Under the pieces are notes generated by a model. That model was given only the letters and a program-made list of their open reading frames with translations, searched no databases and was not told the DNA's origin. The position numbers and the translations under genes are program-made. Below are positions 1 to 9,337 of a DNA stretch of 64,000 bases, piece by piece; position 1 is the first letter of the stretch, and every line of letters begins with the position of its first letter. This DNA comes from an uncultured bacterium (GTDB lineage Bacteria > Acidobacteriota > Thermoanaerobaculia > Multivoradales > JAHZIX01): NCBI GenBank assembly GCA_965368975.1, contig CBDUPA010000010.1, positions 128,001-192,000 of the forward strand. The letters are read 5' to 3'.

Positions 1-1280
1 ACCTGCTCGAAGGACAGGTGATCCTGGGTGGACCGGCGGAGGAGGAAGGTGAAAAACCACCGCCACCGCCCGACATTGATGGTCGGCTGGCGGCACGCGG
101 TCGCGACGTCTCGGCCGGCCTCGAAGTGCTGCCCGAGGCGGACTTCGTGATCCTCGACGACCTGATCGTCGATGGTTCGGCGTGCATCGGCTTCGACTGC
201 GTCAACGGCGAATCCTTCGGCTTCGACACCATCCGGCTGAAGGAGAACAACCTACGCATCAAGTTCGACGACACCTCGACCGCCGCTTCCTACCCACGCA
301 ATGACTGGCAGCTGACCGCCAACGACAGCGCCAACGGCGGCGCCAGCAAGTTCTCGATCGACGACATCAGCGGCGGCCGCACGCCGTTCACCGTCGAAGC
401 CAGTGCACCGAGCAACTCGCTGTACGTCGACGATTCCGGCCGCGTCGGCTTCGGAACTTCGACCCCGTACGTCGAGCTCCATACGGTCGATGGCGACACA
501 CCGACGGTGCGCCTGGAACAGACTGGAGCCTCGGGCTTCGCGCCCCAGAGCTGGGACGTCGCCGGCAACGAAACCAACTTCTTCGTCCGCGACGTCACCA
601 GCGGCTCGACCCTGCCGTTCCGCATCCGCCCGGGCGCTTCGAGCAGCTCGCTCTACATTGATTCCGACGACGACATCGGCATCGGCACGGCCAGCCCAAG
701 CGAAGACATCCACATCGTGCGCAACAGCGTACCAGTGGGCGTCAAGCTGGAAAACAGCGCTGACGGGCGCGACTGGTCGTTCAAGCTCAGCGGCAGCGGC
801 TTCGCCATCAACGAAGAGAGCGAAGCCTCGACCCTGCTGCTGCGCGACAGCGGTGAGATGCGCGTCGGCAACAACGGCACGGAGATGATGGTGCTGCAAA
901 CCGATGGCGACCTGATCATCGACGGTACCTTGACCGAGAACTCCAACGTCCATGCCAAGCAGGACTTCCAGCCGGTCGATCCGAACGCCGTACTGGAACG
1001 CCTGGCAGCGCTCGAGGTGACCACCTGGTCCTTCAAGCGCGACCCGACAGTGCGCCACATGGGGCCTACGGCCCAGGACTTCCGCGCCAGCTTCGGCCTC
1101 GGTGAGTTCGAAGACAAGCTCGCCCCGGTCGACGTGCGCGGTGTCACTCTGGCCGCCGTCCAGGCCCTCTACCAGCAGCTGCAGAACCAGGCCGAGCAAC
1201 TCGACGCTCTGCGCGCCGAGAACGCCACCCTGGTCGAACGCCTGACCGCCCTGGAGACGGCCGGCGTTGCGGCCCCGTAG
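1..1280 (+). CDS. S74 autochaperone-domain fibre protein, paralog 1 (5'-truncated by window edge)
   Basis: Frame is open from position 3 (LLEGQVILGG). Contains the DDLIVDGSACIGFDC..FGFDTIRLKENNLRI core, GxVGxGTxxP repeats, S74-type S-x4-K site (NSNVHAK), HMGPTAQDF motif and a C-terminal coiled coil. Confidence 0.85.
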   Translation, partial: LLEGQVILGGPAEEEGEKPPPPPDIDGRLAARGRDVSAGLEVLPEADFVILDDLIVDGSACIGFDCVNGESFGFDTIRLKENNLRIKFDDTSTAASYPRNDWQLTANDSANGGASKFSIDDISGGRTPFTVEASAPSNSLYVDDSGRVGFGTSTPYVELHTVDGDTPTVRLEQTGASGFAPQSWDVAGNETNFFVRDVTSGSTLPFRIRPGASSSSLYIDSDDDIGIGTASPSEDIHIVRNSVPVGVKLENSADGRDWSFKLSGSGFAINEESEASTLLLRDSGEMRVGNNGTEMMVLQTDGDLIIDGTLTENSNVHAKQDFQPVDPNAVLERLAALEVTTWSFKRDPTVRHMGPTAQDFRASFGLGEFEDKLAPVDVRGVTLAAVQALYQQLQNQAEQLDALRAENATLVERLTALETAGVAAP

Positions 1281-1380
1281 CTCCACCCGCCAACCCACAA
1301 CCCGCCCGCCACCTGCCTACCGGCGGCCGCCAAGGCCCAGCGCCAACCGCGGACCGCCGGTTCCTCGTTGGTAGGCATGC

Positions 1381-1449
1381 CGCCAGAAACAGCCCCTTTC
1401 CGTCAGAAAGAGCCCTTCCGTCAGAAAAGCCTCTCCCGTCAGAAAAAGC
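1381..1449 (+). repeat. Four imperfect direct repeats of CG(T/C)CAGAAA, period 20/18/18 bp
   Basis: Copies start at 1381, 1401, 1419 and 1437, about 80-150 bp upstream of the paralog 2 start. Confidence 0.75.
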
Positions 1450-1530
1450 GGATGCATTTCGAATGCACGAGTACCGGCTACTCAGCCGGCACTTCCATCA
1501 TCTATGACTTTCTACGGGAAGGAGACCACC

Positions 1531-3087
1531 GTGTATCGACGCCCTCTCATCCTCAGCCTGCTAGCCAGCCTGATCCTGGCTACAACTCTCTGCGCTGCAC
1601 CTCAGCCCGAACGGCAGAGCTATCCGGACGCGGCGAGCGGATCACTGGCCCAGCTCTATGCCACTGCTGGCGGCCTGCAAATCGTGCCGGAGACGTCGCG
1701 GCAGCGAGCGCGACTGGCCGTCTCGGGCCCGGACGGCTACCACCAGCAGGTCGAACTCGCTGACGGCAAGGCCTTCCACTGGTCCGCCTTCGACGCCGAC
1801 GGCCAACCGCGGCCGGATGGAGTCTATCGCTTCGAGCTGCACACCGGCACAGCCACCAGCCCCAGCGTCCAACGCGGGCACTTCCGGCTGCTCGCTGGTG
1901 ACGTGCAGCTACCGCTGAACCCGGACGCTCACCCCGAAACAACCCCCGACAAGGACCAGGTGTTCGCTGACGACGTCATTGCCGAGCGCGTGTGCGCCGG
2001 CACCAATTGTGCCAACGGAGAGACCTTCGGCTTCGAGGCCCTACGGCTGCACAGCTACAACAACCACATCGACTTCGTCGACAGCAGCGGCGCCAACTAC
2101 GCGACGCGCGACTGGCGACTGGAGGTCAACGACACCAGCTACCTCGGCAGCGATCGCTTCGCCGTGCGTGACGTCGACGCCGACACCCAGCCCTTCGGCC
2201 TGGCCGGTGGCGCGCCGGACTACAGCCTGTGGATCGACAGCAATGGCCGGCTCGGCCTGGGCACTTCGACTCCCGCCCAAGAGCTGCACATGCTGGGTAC
2301 CTCGCCGACCCTTCGCCTGGACCAGCCCGCGGGGGCTGGGATCACGGCACAGCGGTGGGATCTGGGCGTCAACACCGTCGGGCGCTTCCAGCTGCACGAC
2401 ATCAGCAACAGCTCGACGCCGATCAACCTCTATAGCGGCGCTCCCAGCTATAGCCTGTCGATCGATCCAGACGGCAATGTCGGCCTCGGTATCCAGGATC
2501 CCCTAACCGCCCTACACCTGGTTCGCGATGGCGCGCTGCAACTCAGAATGCAGAATACCAACATCAACAGCTACTGGGCCCTCGAAGTGAGCAACGGCGA
2601 CGTCTTCAGCATCGTGCGTCAGCAGCAGGGATCGTCGCTCCAGCTGCGCGCCGACGGCACCGTACGCCTGGGTCCCAACGGCACCGAGAAGTTCCTGCTG
2701 CAACCAGACGGTGACCTCGAGATCGCCGGAACCCTGACCCAGAACTCCGACGTCCACAGCAAGACCGGCTTCGCGGCAGTCGACCCGCAGAACATCCTCG
2801 AACAGGTCGCCGCCCTGCCGATCACCACCTGGACGTTCAAGAACGACGCCCAGCAGACCCGCCACATGGGACCGATGGCGCAGGACTTCCACGCCACCTT
2901 CGAACTCGGCGAACGGCCAGACCGGCTAGCTCCGGTCGATGTCGACGGCGTCACGCTGGCGGCGATCCAGGCGCTGTACCAGCAGTTGCAGGAGCAGCGT
3001 GCCGAACTCGACGCCCTGAGCGCCGAGAATGCCCTCCTGCGCACGCGCCTGGACCAGCTGGAGAGGAGCGAACCCCAGCACCCCTGA
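1531..3087 (+). CDS. Secreted S74 autochaperone-domain fibre protein, paralog 2 (most divergent)
   Basis: GTG start after AAGGAG RBS; signal peptide ..ILATTLCA; N-domain VSGPDG..PDGVYRFEL; CAGTNC; SDVHSK; HMGPMAQDF; coiled-coil tail. Confidence 0.85.
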   Translation: MYRRPLILSLLASLILATTLCAAPQPERQSYPDAASGSLAQLYATAGGLQIVPETSRQRARLAVSGPDGYHQQVELADGKAFHWSAFDADGQPRPDGVYRFELHTGTATSPSVQRGHFRLLAGDVQLPLNPDAHPETTPDKDQVFADDVIAERVCAGTNCANGETFGFEALRLHSYNNHIDFVDSSGANYATRDWRLEVNDTSYLGSDRFAVRDVDADTQPFGLAGGAPDYSLWIDSNGRLGLGTSTPAQELHMLGTSPTLRLDQPAGAGITAQRWDLGVNTVGRFQLHDISNSSTPINLYSGAPSYSLSIDPDGNVGLGIQDPLTALHLVRDGALQLRMQNTNINSYWALEVSNGDVFSIVRQQQGSSLQLRADGTVRLGPNGTEKFLLQPDGDLEIAGTLTQNSDVHSKTGFAAVDPQNILEQVAALPITTWTFKNDAQQTRHMGPMAQDFHATFELGERPDRLAPVDVDGVTLAAIQALYQQLQEQRAELDALSAENALLRTRLDQLERSEPQHP

Positions 3088-3257
3088 AGCCGTGGCGCCG
3101 GAGACGCGCGGGAGATTTTTTCTCGCCCGCTCTTGTCAGATCCTGGTCACGACCTGCGAAACCCAAAGCGAGAGTCGAGGAAAGACCCCGCGACTCTCAC
3201 AGGAACAGTAAGTCCCGCGGTGCCCCCCGACCCCGAGGTCGAACCGCGGTCACCACC

Positions 3258-3285
3258 GGGGCCGGGCGTGCCGGCCCCCTTTTTT
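3258..3285 (+). terminator. Rho-independent terminator after paralog 2
   Basis: GGGGCCGG-gcgtg-CCGGCCCC stem followed by CTTTTTT. Confidence 0.7.
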
Positions 3286-3460
3286 GTGCTTACTTTCCGC
3301 CTCGCAGCTACAACGAAGGCGCAAGCGGTATCGCACTTGCCATCTGCTGCCACCGTCCGGGAAAGACTACAACCGGTTGAGACCTTCTGTCCCGGAGCTT
3401 GCACGGGCGGCACGTCCCAAGAAGAGCCTCGAGCAGAAACAACCGAACCAGGAGGATCCC

Positions 3461-5068
3461 ATGCAGCAACTCCGAACCACGCTCTCTTTCCTACTCGTTC
3501 TCGCGTTGGTCGTAGCCACCCCCTCGTGGGCCAACCACTCGATCCAACCGCAGCTCGGGCCAGACTCCCTCGGCTTCGAAGTCTCCCTGCCCTATGGCGG
3601 CGCCAGCCTGGTGCTCCAGGGACCACAGGGGATACGTGTGGAACAGCACTTCGAGACCGGCGACACGCTTCGCCTGCAGTTGAGCCAGCACGCTCTGCCC
3701 GATGGGCTCTATACCTACGAACTGAGACTCGAACCTGCGAGCGGACCACGGACTCGCGGCCCACACACACTCTCGCAGGTAGCGCCGAGCCCGATGCCGA
3801 CAACCTCCGGCTACCTGCGTCTCGAAGGCGGACTCGTAGTCACGACATCCAGTACCGAGGTAGGAAGCAAGGACGTACGTGAACAGCGACCAACCAGCGG
3901 TCCAGAGATCGAGACAGAAGCGGATCAGATCATCCTCGACGACCTGATCGTCGATGGATCGCTGTGCGTCGGCACCAGCTGCGTCAACGGCGAGAGCTTC
4001 GGCACCGACACCATCCGCCTCAAGGAAGCCAATCTGCGCATCCATTTCCAGGACACATCGGTCTCCCCGTATCCGACCAACGATTGGCGCCTGATCGCCA
4101 ACGACAACACCAGCGGCGGCGCCGGCTATTTCTCGCTCGAAGACACGGACAACAGCTTCCGCCCGTTCACCATCGAAGCCGGGTCACGAGCCAATGCCCT
4201 GTACGTCGACAACAACGACAACGTGGGCCTGGGAACCGCAACACCGGCCAAACTACTGCACCTGCAAGACGGCGACACGCCGACGCTGCGCCTACAGCAG
4301 GACGGTTCCTCGTCGTTTTCGCCCCAGACCTGGGATCTCGGCGGCAACGAAGTCAACTTCTTCATCCGCGACACCGATACCGGAAACTACACCCTACGTG
4401 TAGACTCTGATGCCCCGAACCATGCGCTAGTGGTGTCCGACGGCGGCGAGATCGGCATCGGTACAGCTTCCCCGACCGGCGACTTGCACATGATCCGCTC
4501 CGGCGTGCCCGTGGACATCATCATGGCCGACAGCACGACCGGCCGCAACTGGAGCCTGCGCCTGAGCGGCAGTGGTTTCGCGGTCAGCAAGGCCAGTGAC
4601 GCCGCGGCCTTCCTGATCTTCGACGACGGCCGCGTGCGCATGGGCCCGAACGGCACCCAGAACTTCCTGCTCGCCACCAACGGCAACCTGACCATCGCCG
4701 GCAACCTCACCGAATTGTCCGACGTCAACGCCAAGCACCACTTCGAAGACATCGATACTGCCACGATCCTGGAGAGGCTTCAGCAGCTCCCCTTGAGCAC
4801 CTGGTCCTACCGAGACGACCCCGATTCCGTGCGCCATCTGGGGCCCACCGCACAGGAATTCCAAGAAGCTTTCGGCCTCGGAAACGGTGATCCGACCCAC
4901 ATCTCCGGCATGGATGTTCGTGGTGTCGCACTTGCCGCGATTCAGGAGCTCACTCAGAGATCTGATGCAAAAGAGCATGAAATCAAGGACTTGCGCCGCT
5001 CTCTCAGCGATCTACAGGCGCTCAACGAAGCTCTGCTTCGACGTGTTGAAGCCCTCGAAGCCCCCTGA
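3461..5068 (+). CDS. Secreted S74 autochaperone-domain fibre protein, paralog 3
   Basis: ATG at 3461 after GGAGG; signal peptide ..VATPSWA; PDGLYTYEL; DDLIVDGSLCVGTSC; SDVNAK; HLGPTAQEF. Confidence 0.88.
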   Translation: MQQLRTTLSFLLVLALVVATPSWANHSIQPQLGPDSLGFEVSLPYGGASLVLQGPQGIRVEQHFETGDTLRLQLSQHALPDGLYTYELRLEPASGPRTRGPHTLSQVAPSPMPTTSGYLRLEGGLVVTTSSTEVGSKDVREQRPTSGPEIETEADQIILDDLIVDGSLCVGTSCVNGESFGTDTIRLKEANLRIHFQDTSVSPYPTNDWRLIANDNTSGGAGYFSLEDTDNSFRPFTIEAGSRANALYVDNNDNVGLGTATPAKLLHLQDGDTPTLRLQQDGSSSFSPQTWDLGGNEVNFFIRDTDTGNYTLRVDSDAPNHALVVSDGGEIGIGTASPTGDLHMIRSGVPVDIIMADSTTGRNWSLRLSGSGFAVSKASDAAAFLIFDDGRVRMGPNGTQNFLLATNGNLTIAGNLTELSDVNAKHHFEDIDTATILERLQQLPLSTWSYRDDPDSVRHLGPTAQEFQEAFGLGNGDPTHISGMDVRGVALAAIQELTQRSDAKEHEIKDLRRSLSDLQALNEALLRRVEALEAP

Positions 5069-5498
5069 GCCTTAGCGCTGACGTAAAAAAGGACAGGTTC
5101 ACTGACGTTTTTCTGACGGCGGATACCTATAGTCAACCTCGTCATGTAGAAGACGCCACACACCGACACCGGACAGAGCCTACCGGCGGCCACCATAAAA
5201 GCCCCCAAAGTTCTTGTCCCGGTTTCCCGGCAAAGCGACACCCTACATACCAAAGGCACAACGGCAAGCCGATAACGTAGGAGCCCTGAAGGGCGAATCA
5301 CGAAGGCAAGCCAACGAGCCTAGGAGCTGAGGCCAAGAGCCTCACACTCCCGAGCCGAGAGACAGCGCAGCGACACACCCACGACGCTCACTCCAATGAC
5401 CGTCGCCGCGCATCCAAGGGTTCGTCAACGAGGTTATAAGTACCGGCGCCGACAAGCGCCAATTAGGTTTAACCCATTATCCGTCAAGGAGAACTCCC

Positions 5499-7109
5499 AT
5501 GCGTAACACGTTTGTGTTCCTGTCCGTACTGTGTCTCGTGGCAGCGCTGTGCGCTGCTCCCGCTATGGCCGAAAACGCCGCTACCGTCCAGATGGGCTCG
5601 CACGCGCTCAACGTGCAAGCCAACGTCGCCGCCAACGGCGCTACCGTTCGCATCTCGGGCCCGGGCGACTTCTACCTGCAGCGCGACATGAGCGAGAGCA
5701 GCTTCTCGATCGACACCGCCGGCATGACCGACGGCGTCTACACCTACGAGGTCACCCTGCATCCGCAGGCCCAGCGCACCAGCCGTGATGCGCAGGATCG
5801 CGCTCGTCAGAGCAACAACGCCGATATGACTGTCTCCGGCTACTTCCGCGTTTCCGGTGGCGGCATCGTCAACCCGGACGCGGCCGAAGAGAGCGCCGAC
5901 AAGGCTCAGACCTTCACCACCGACCTGATCGTCCAGGGTTCCGCCTGCGTCGGCATCGACTGCACCAGCAGCGAGAGCTTCGGCTCTGACACGATCCGCA
6001 TGAAGGAAAACAACCTGCGCATCCACTTCGACGACACTTCGTCGTCCGCCAGCTTCCCGAAGAACGACTGGCGCATCGTCGCCAACGACAGCAGCAACGG
6101 CGGTGCCGAGTACCTGCGTGTCGAGGACGCGACCAACAGCAAGCAGCCCTTCACCATCGAGGCCGGCGCGCAGAACCACACCCTGTACGTCGAGTCCGAC
6201 GGTGACGTCGGCATCAAGACCGCCAACCCGGTCGTCGACCTGCACATCGTCGAGGGCAACACCCCGACCCTGCGTCTCGAGCAGGACGGCTCGGACGGCT
6301 TCACCGCGCAGACCTGGGACCTGGCGGGTAACGAAACCAACTTCTTCCTGCGCGACGTCACCAACAGCTCGAAGCTGAGCTTCCGCGTCAAGCCGGGTGC
6401 GCCCGAGAACTCGATCTTCGTCGCCGCCAGCGGCTTCATTGGCATGGGTACCGCGAGCCCTGGGTCTGAGCTGCACATCAAGGCCTCTGCGACCCCGGAA
6501 CTGCGCTTCGAGGATGCGACCCGCACCTGGGCCCAGCGCATGAGCGGCAGCGGCTTGGCCTTCACCGCCCCGGGCGACACCGACGCCAGTTTCCTGATCC
6601 GTGACGACGGCGAAGTTCGCGTTGGCTCCAACGGCGCCGATGTGTTCGAAATCGAGGTCAATGGTGATCTGAAGTCCCGCGCCAACGGCGATGCCACCAC
6701 CACCAACCGCCTGTTCTTCGACGCCAGTGCTGGTGACCTGACCATCTTGGGTGACCTCAGCGCCGCCAACTTCTCCGGCTCGTCCGACCGCAACCTCAAG
6801 CACAACATCGAGCCGGTCGACACTGCCGAGGTCCTGGCCGCGGTCTCCCAGATGCCGATCAGCACCTGGTCCTACAAGACCGACGCCCCGAACATCCGCC
6901 ACATCGGCCCGATGGCTCAGGACTTCAAGGCCGCCTTCGACCTCGGCCAGCCCGAGACCCGCATCGGCGTCATGGATCTGAGCAGCGTGTCGCTGGCCGC
7001 GATCCAGGAGCTCAACAACCAGCTGCAAGAGAAGACCAACGAGGTCGAGGATCTCAAGCAGCGCATGGAGCAGCTGGAAACCGCTCTGCTCGCTCTGCAA
7101 CAGCAGTAA
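5499..7109 (+). CDS. Secreted S74 autochaperone-domain fibre protein, paralog 4
   Basis: AAGGAG RBS; signal peptide ..AAPAMA; DGVYTYEV; DLIVQGSACVGIDC; SDRNLK; HIGPMAQDF; strongly biased codon usage. Confidence 0.9.
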   Translation: MRNTFVFLSVLCLVAALCAAPAMAENAATVQMGSHALNVQANVAANGATVRISGPGDFYLQRDMSESSFSIDTAGMTDGVYTYEVTLHPQAQRTSRDAQDRARQSNNADMTVSGYFRVSGGGIVNPDAAEESADKAQTFTTDLIVQGSACVGIDCTSSESFGSDTIRMKENNLRIHFDDTSSSASFPKNDWRIVANDSSNGGAEYLRVEDATNSKQPFTIEAGAQNHTLYVESDGDVGIKTANPVVDLHIVEGNTPTLRLEQDGSDGFTAQTWDLAGNETNFFLRDVTNSSKLSFRVKPGAPENSIFVAASGFIGMGTASPGSELHIKASATPELRFEDATRTWAQRMSGSGLAFTAPGDTDASFLIRDDGEVRVGSNGADVFEIEVNGDLKSRANGDATTTNRLFFDASAGDLTILGDLSAANFSGSSDRNLKHNIEPVDTAEVLAAVSQMPISTWSYKTDAPNIRHIGPMAQDFKAAFDLGQPETRIGVMDLSSVSLAAIQELNNQLQEKTNEVEDLKQRMEQLETALLALQQQ

Positions 7110-7182
7110 GACCGAGGGATGAGAGCCACAAGGTGACGCCTTCTCATCCCCTGACCGATATCCCTATACTGACTTGATATAA

Positions 7183-7217
7183 CCGGGATTGGCTCCAGAG
7201 CCGATCCCGGCTTTTTC
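7183..7217 (+). terminator. Rho-independent terminator after paralog 4
   Basis: CCGGGATTGGCTC / GAGCCGATCCCGG stem followed by CTTTTT. A second hairpin, GGGATGAGA..TCTCATCCC, lies at 7116-7150. Confidence 0.75.
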
Positions 7218-7299
7218 TTGCCTGGCGTTCAGCACTGGATGTGGTTGTGGCCAGGCATGTTACGGCGGGCACGTAGGCAAGAGATACCCCGGCGTCCAC

Positions 7300-7328
7300 T
7301 TGCACTTTGGGCCCAAAAGCGCTTTAAT
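7300..7328 (+). promoter_or_regulatory. Candidate sigma70 promoter for paralog 5
   Basis: TTGCAC-N17-TTTAAT located between the upstream terminator and the GGAGG RBS. Confidence 0.45.
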
Positions 7329-7488
7329 GGAGCGGTTCTCGTAAACCGGCTTCGCCTACCCCGCTGGGTCGTTTCCCTTCGACGGCCTCAGTCAAAGCGG
7401 ACTCCGCCCCAGAAACGTACTCACTACGAGGGCGAGCCCACAGCGGCCGTAGACGAGCCAGCATCTCCCAACATGGAGGATACTTCCT

Positions 7489-9174
7489 ATGCAGCAATCC
7501 CTGCAGAAGACTCTGAAGCACCTTGCTTTCTCGACCCTGGCCCTCGCCCTGCTCCTCGCCGTGCCCGCTTCGGCTGGTATGCAGGCGCAGTTCTCGGGAA
7601 CCACCCTCAGCTTCCAGACCGACGCCACCTTCGAGAGTGGCTTTGTGCGCATCAGCGGCCCCAACGGAACCTTGATCGAGCGCAATCTCGGCGGCGACCT
7701 GAGCGTCGCCCTGCACCGCAACGACGGCGCCCCGCTGGCGGATGGCCTATACACCTACGAGCTGACCCTGACGCCACGCGTCGATCGCACCACCCGCGAG
7801 GCGATGAACAAGGCCAACACGGCCGAGCGCGGCCTCGAGCAGCGCCAGTTGCGCGACGACAACGCCCTGCGCGCCTCGGGCTCGTTCCGCATCCAGGGTG
7901 GCACCACCATCGACCCGAACGCCACCGAGGAGCAGCAGGACCGCACCGACTCCAACCCGGCGGACAAGGCCCAGGTCTTCGTCACCGATGTGGTCGTCCA
8001 GGGCTCGCTGTGCGCCGGCTTCGACTGCGTCAACGGTGAGAGCTTCGGTTTCGACACCATCCGCCTGAAGGAAAACAACCTGCGCATCCACTTCCAGGAT
8101 ACGTCGACTTCCGCCAGCTTCCCGACCAACGACTGGCGCATCGTGGCCAACGACTCGAGTAACGGCGGCGCCAACTACCTGGGCATCGAAGACTCCAACG
8201 CCGGCCGCATGCCCTTCCGCGTCGAGGCCGGTGCTCCGGCCAATGCGCTCTACGTCGAGGCGGACGGTGACGTCGGCATCAAGACCGCCAACCCGGTGGT
8301 CGACATCCACGTCGTCGAGGGCAACACCCCGACCCTGCGTCTCGAGCAGGACGGCTCGGACGGTTTCACCCCACAGACTTGGGACGTGGCCGGCAACGAA
8401 GCCAACTTCTTCATCCGCGACGCCACCAACGGCTCGGCTCTGGCCTTCCGTATCGAGCCCGGCGCCGACGAGAGTTCGATCCACATCGACGATGGCAACC
8501 GCGTCGGCTTCGGCACCAACAACCCGGCGACGGACATTCACGTGCGCAAGTCCGGTAACCCAGAATGGCGTATGGAGAACGCCTCCAACGGCAACAAGTG
8601 GACAACGCGCCTGAACAGCAGCGGCAGCCTGGTCTTCACGCGGAACGACAACGCTTCTGCCAGCATCCAGTTCGTCGATGACGGTGAGTTCCGTGTCGTT
8701 CCTCCGGGCGGCAACGCGACCTTCCAAGCCGACGCCAACGGTGACTTGCGCCTTCGCGCTCCGACCGACGCTCTGACCGGGCAGAAGTTCTTCTTCACGG
8801 CCAGCAACGGCAACCTGACCATTACTGGCACTCTCAACTCAGGTTCGGACGTGAACTCGAAGCACGGATTCGAGGAACTCGATGGCGCTGAGGTTCTTTC
8901 CAGAGTCCTTAGCCTACCTATCACCGAGTGGAGCTACAAGAACGACGATGCCAGTATCCGGCACATCGGTCCGATGGCTCAGGACTTCCATGCCGCCTTC
9001 GGCTTGGGCCAGTCCGAAACCACCATCAGCGTCACCGACATGGGTGGCATCTCCCTCGCCGCGATCCAGGCCCTGCATGCCGAGGTCGAGGAGAAGGACG
9101 CCAAGATCGACGATCTCGAACAGCGTATGGCGCAGCTGGAAGCCGCGCTGCTGGCCCTGCAGGCCCAGCAGTAA
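7489..9174 (+). CDS. Secreted S74 autochaperone-domain fibre protein, paralog 5
   Basis: GGAGG RBS; signal peptide ..AVPASA; ADGLYTYEL; GSLCAGFDCVNGESFGFDTIRLKENN; SDVNSK; HIGPMAQDF. Confidence 0.9.
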   Translation: MQQSLQKTLKHLAFSTLALALLLAVPASAGMQAQFSGTTLSFQTDATFESGFVRISGPNGTLIERNLGGDLSVALHRNDGAPLADGLYTYELTLTPRVDRTTREAMNKANTAERGLEQRQLRDDNALRASGSFRIQGGTTIDPNATEEQQDRTDSNPADKAQVFVTDVVVQGSLCAGFDCVNGESFGFDTIRLKENNLRIHFQDTSTSASFPTNDWRIVANDSSNGGANYLGIEDSNAGRMPFRVEAGAPANALYVEADGDVGIKTANPVVDIHVVEGNTPTLRLEQDGSDGFTPQTWDVAGNEANFFIRDATNGSALAFRIEPGADESSIHIDDGNRVGFGTNNPATDIHVRKSGNPEWRMENASNGNKWTTRLNSSGSLVFTRNDNASASIQFVDDGEFRVVPPGGNATFQADANGDLRLRAPTDALTGQKFFFTASNGNLTITGTLNSGSDVNSKHGFEELDGAEVLSRVLSLPITEWSYKNDDASIRHIGPMAQDFHAAFGLGQSETTISVTDMGGISLAAIQALHAEVEEKDAKIDDLEQRMAQLEAALLALQAQQ

Positions 9175-9219
9175 GTTTCCCGTAGCGTTCGCGCCGCCTT
9201 CCGGCGGTAGCGACAAGAG

Positions 9220-9252
9220 AACCGGAGTTGGCTCACGCTGGCTCCGGTTTTT
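9220..9252 (+). terminator. Rho-independent terminator after paralog 5
   Basis: AACCGGAG..CTCCGGTT stem followed by a T-tract. Confidence 0.7.
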
Positions 9253-9337
9253 CTTCGCCTGCAGAAAGCCCGCAGAAAGCACGCGGCAAGCCCGCGGAAA
9301 GCGAACAGCTCTCCCTAGCCTGAGAAGGGAGAAGGCG

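Noticed and set aside
1381-1449. Mini CRISPR array
   Set aside because: The repeat core is ~9 bp with similar 9-11 bp spacers, far too short, and there are no cas genes.
3170-3200. RNase P RNA or riboswitch suggested by GAGGAAAG
   Set aside because: The following GTCCGGG and other universal RNase P motifs are absent, the region is too short, and no riboswitch consensus was recognised.
3327-3340. Sigma54 promoter before paralog 3 (GGTATCGCACTTGC)
   Set aside because: The GG-N10-GC spacing fits, but the -24 match is weak and no equivalent was found before the other paralogs.
5240-5345. Imperfect repeat GGCAAGCC..TAGGAGC upstream of paralog 4 as an sRNA
   Set aside because: Only two degenerate copies, with no convincing fold or terminator.
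5484-7100. Long antisense ORFs (e.g. 5484-7100 -, 28341-30059 +, 48126-49700 +, 59196-60677 -)
   Set aside because: These are shadow frames of GC3-biased real genes and carry no recognisable motifs.
1-9174. Prophage or tailocin tail-fibre cluster
   Set aside because: The complete proteins have Sec signal peptides and most have their own terminators; no phage structural, lysis or integrase genes are in the window.
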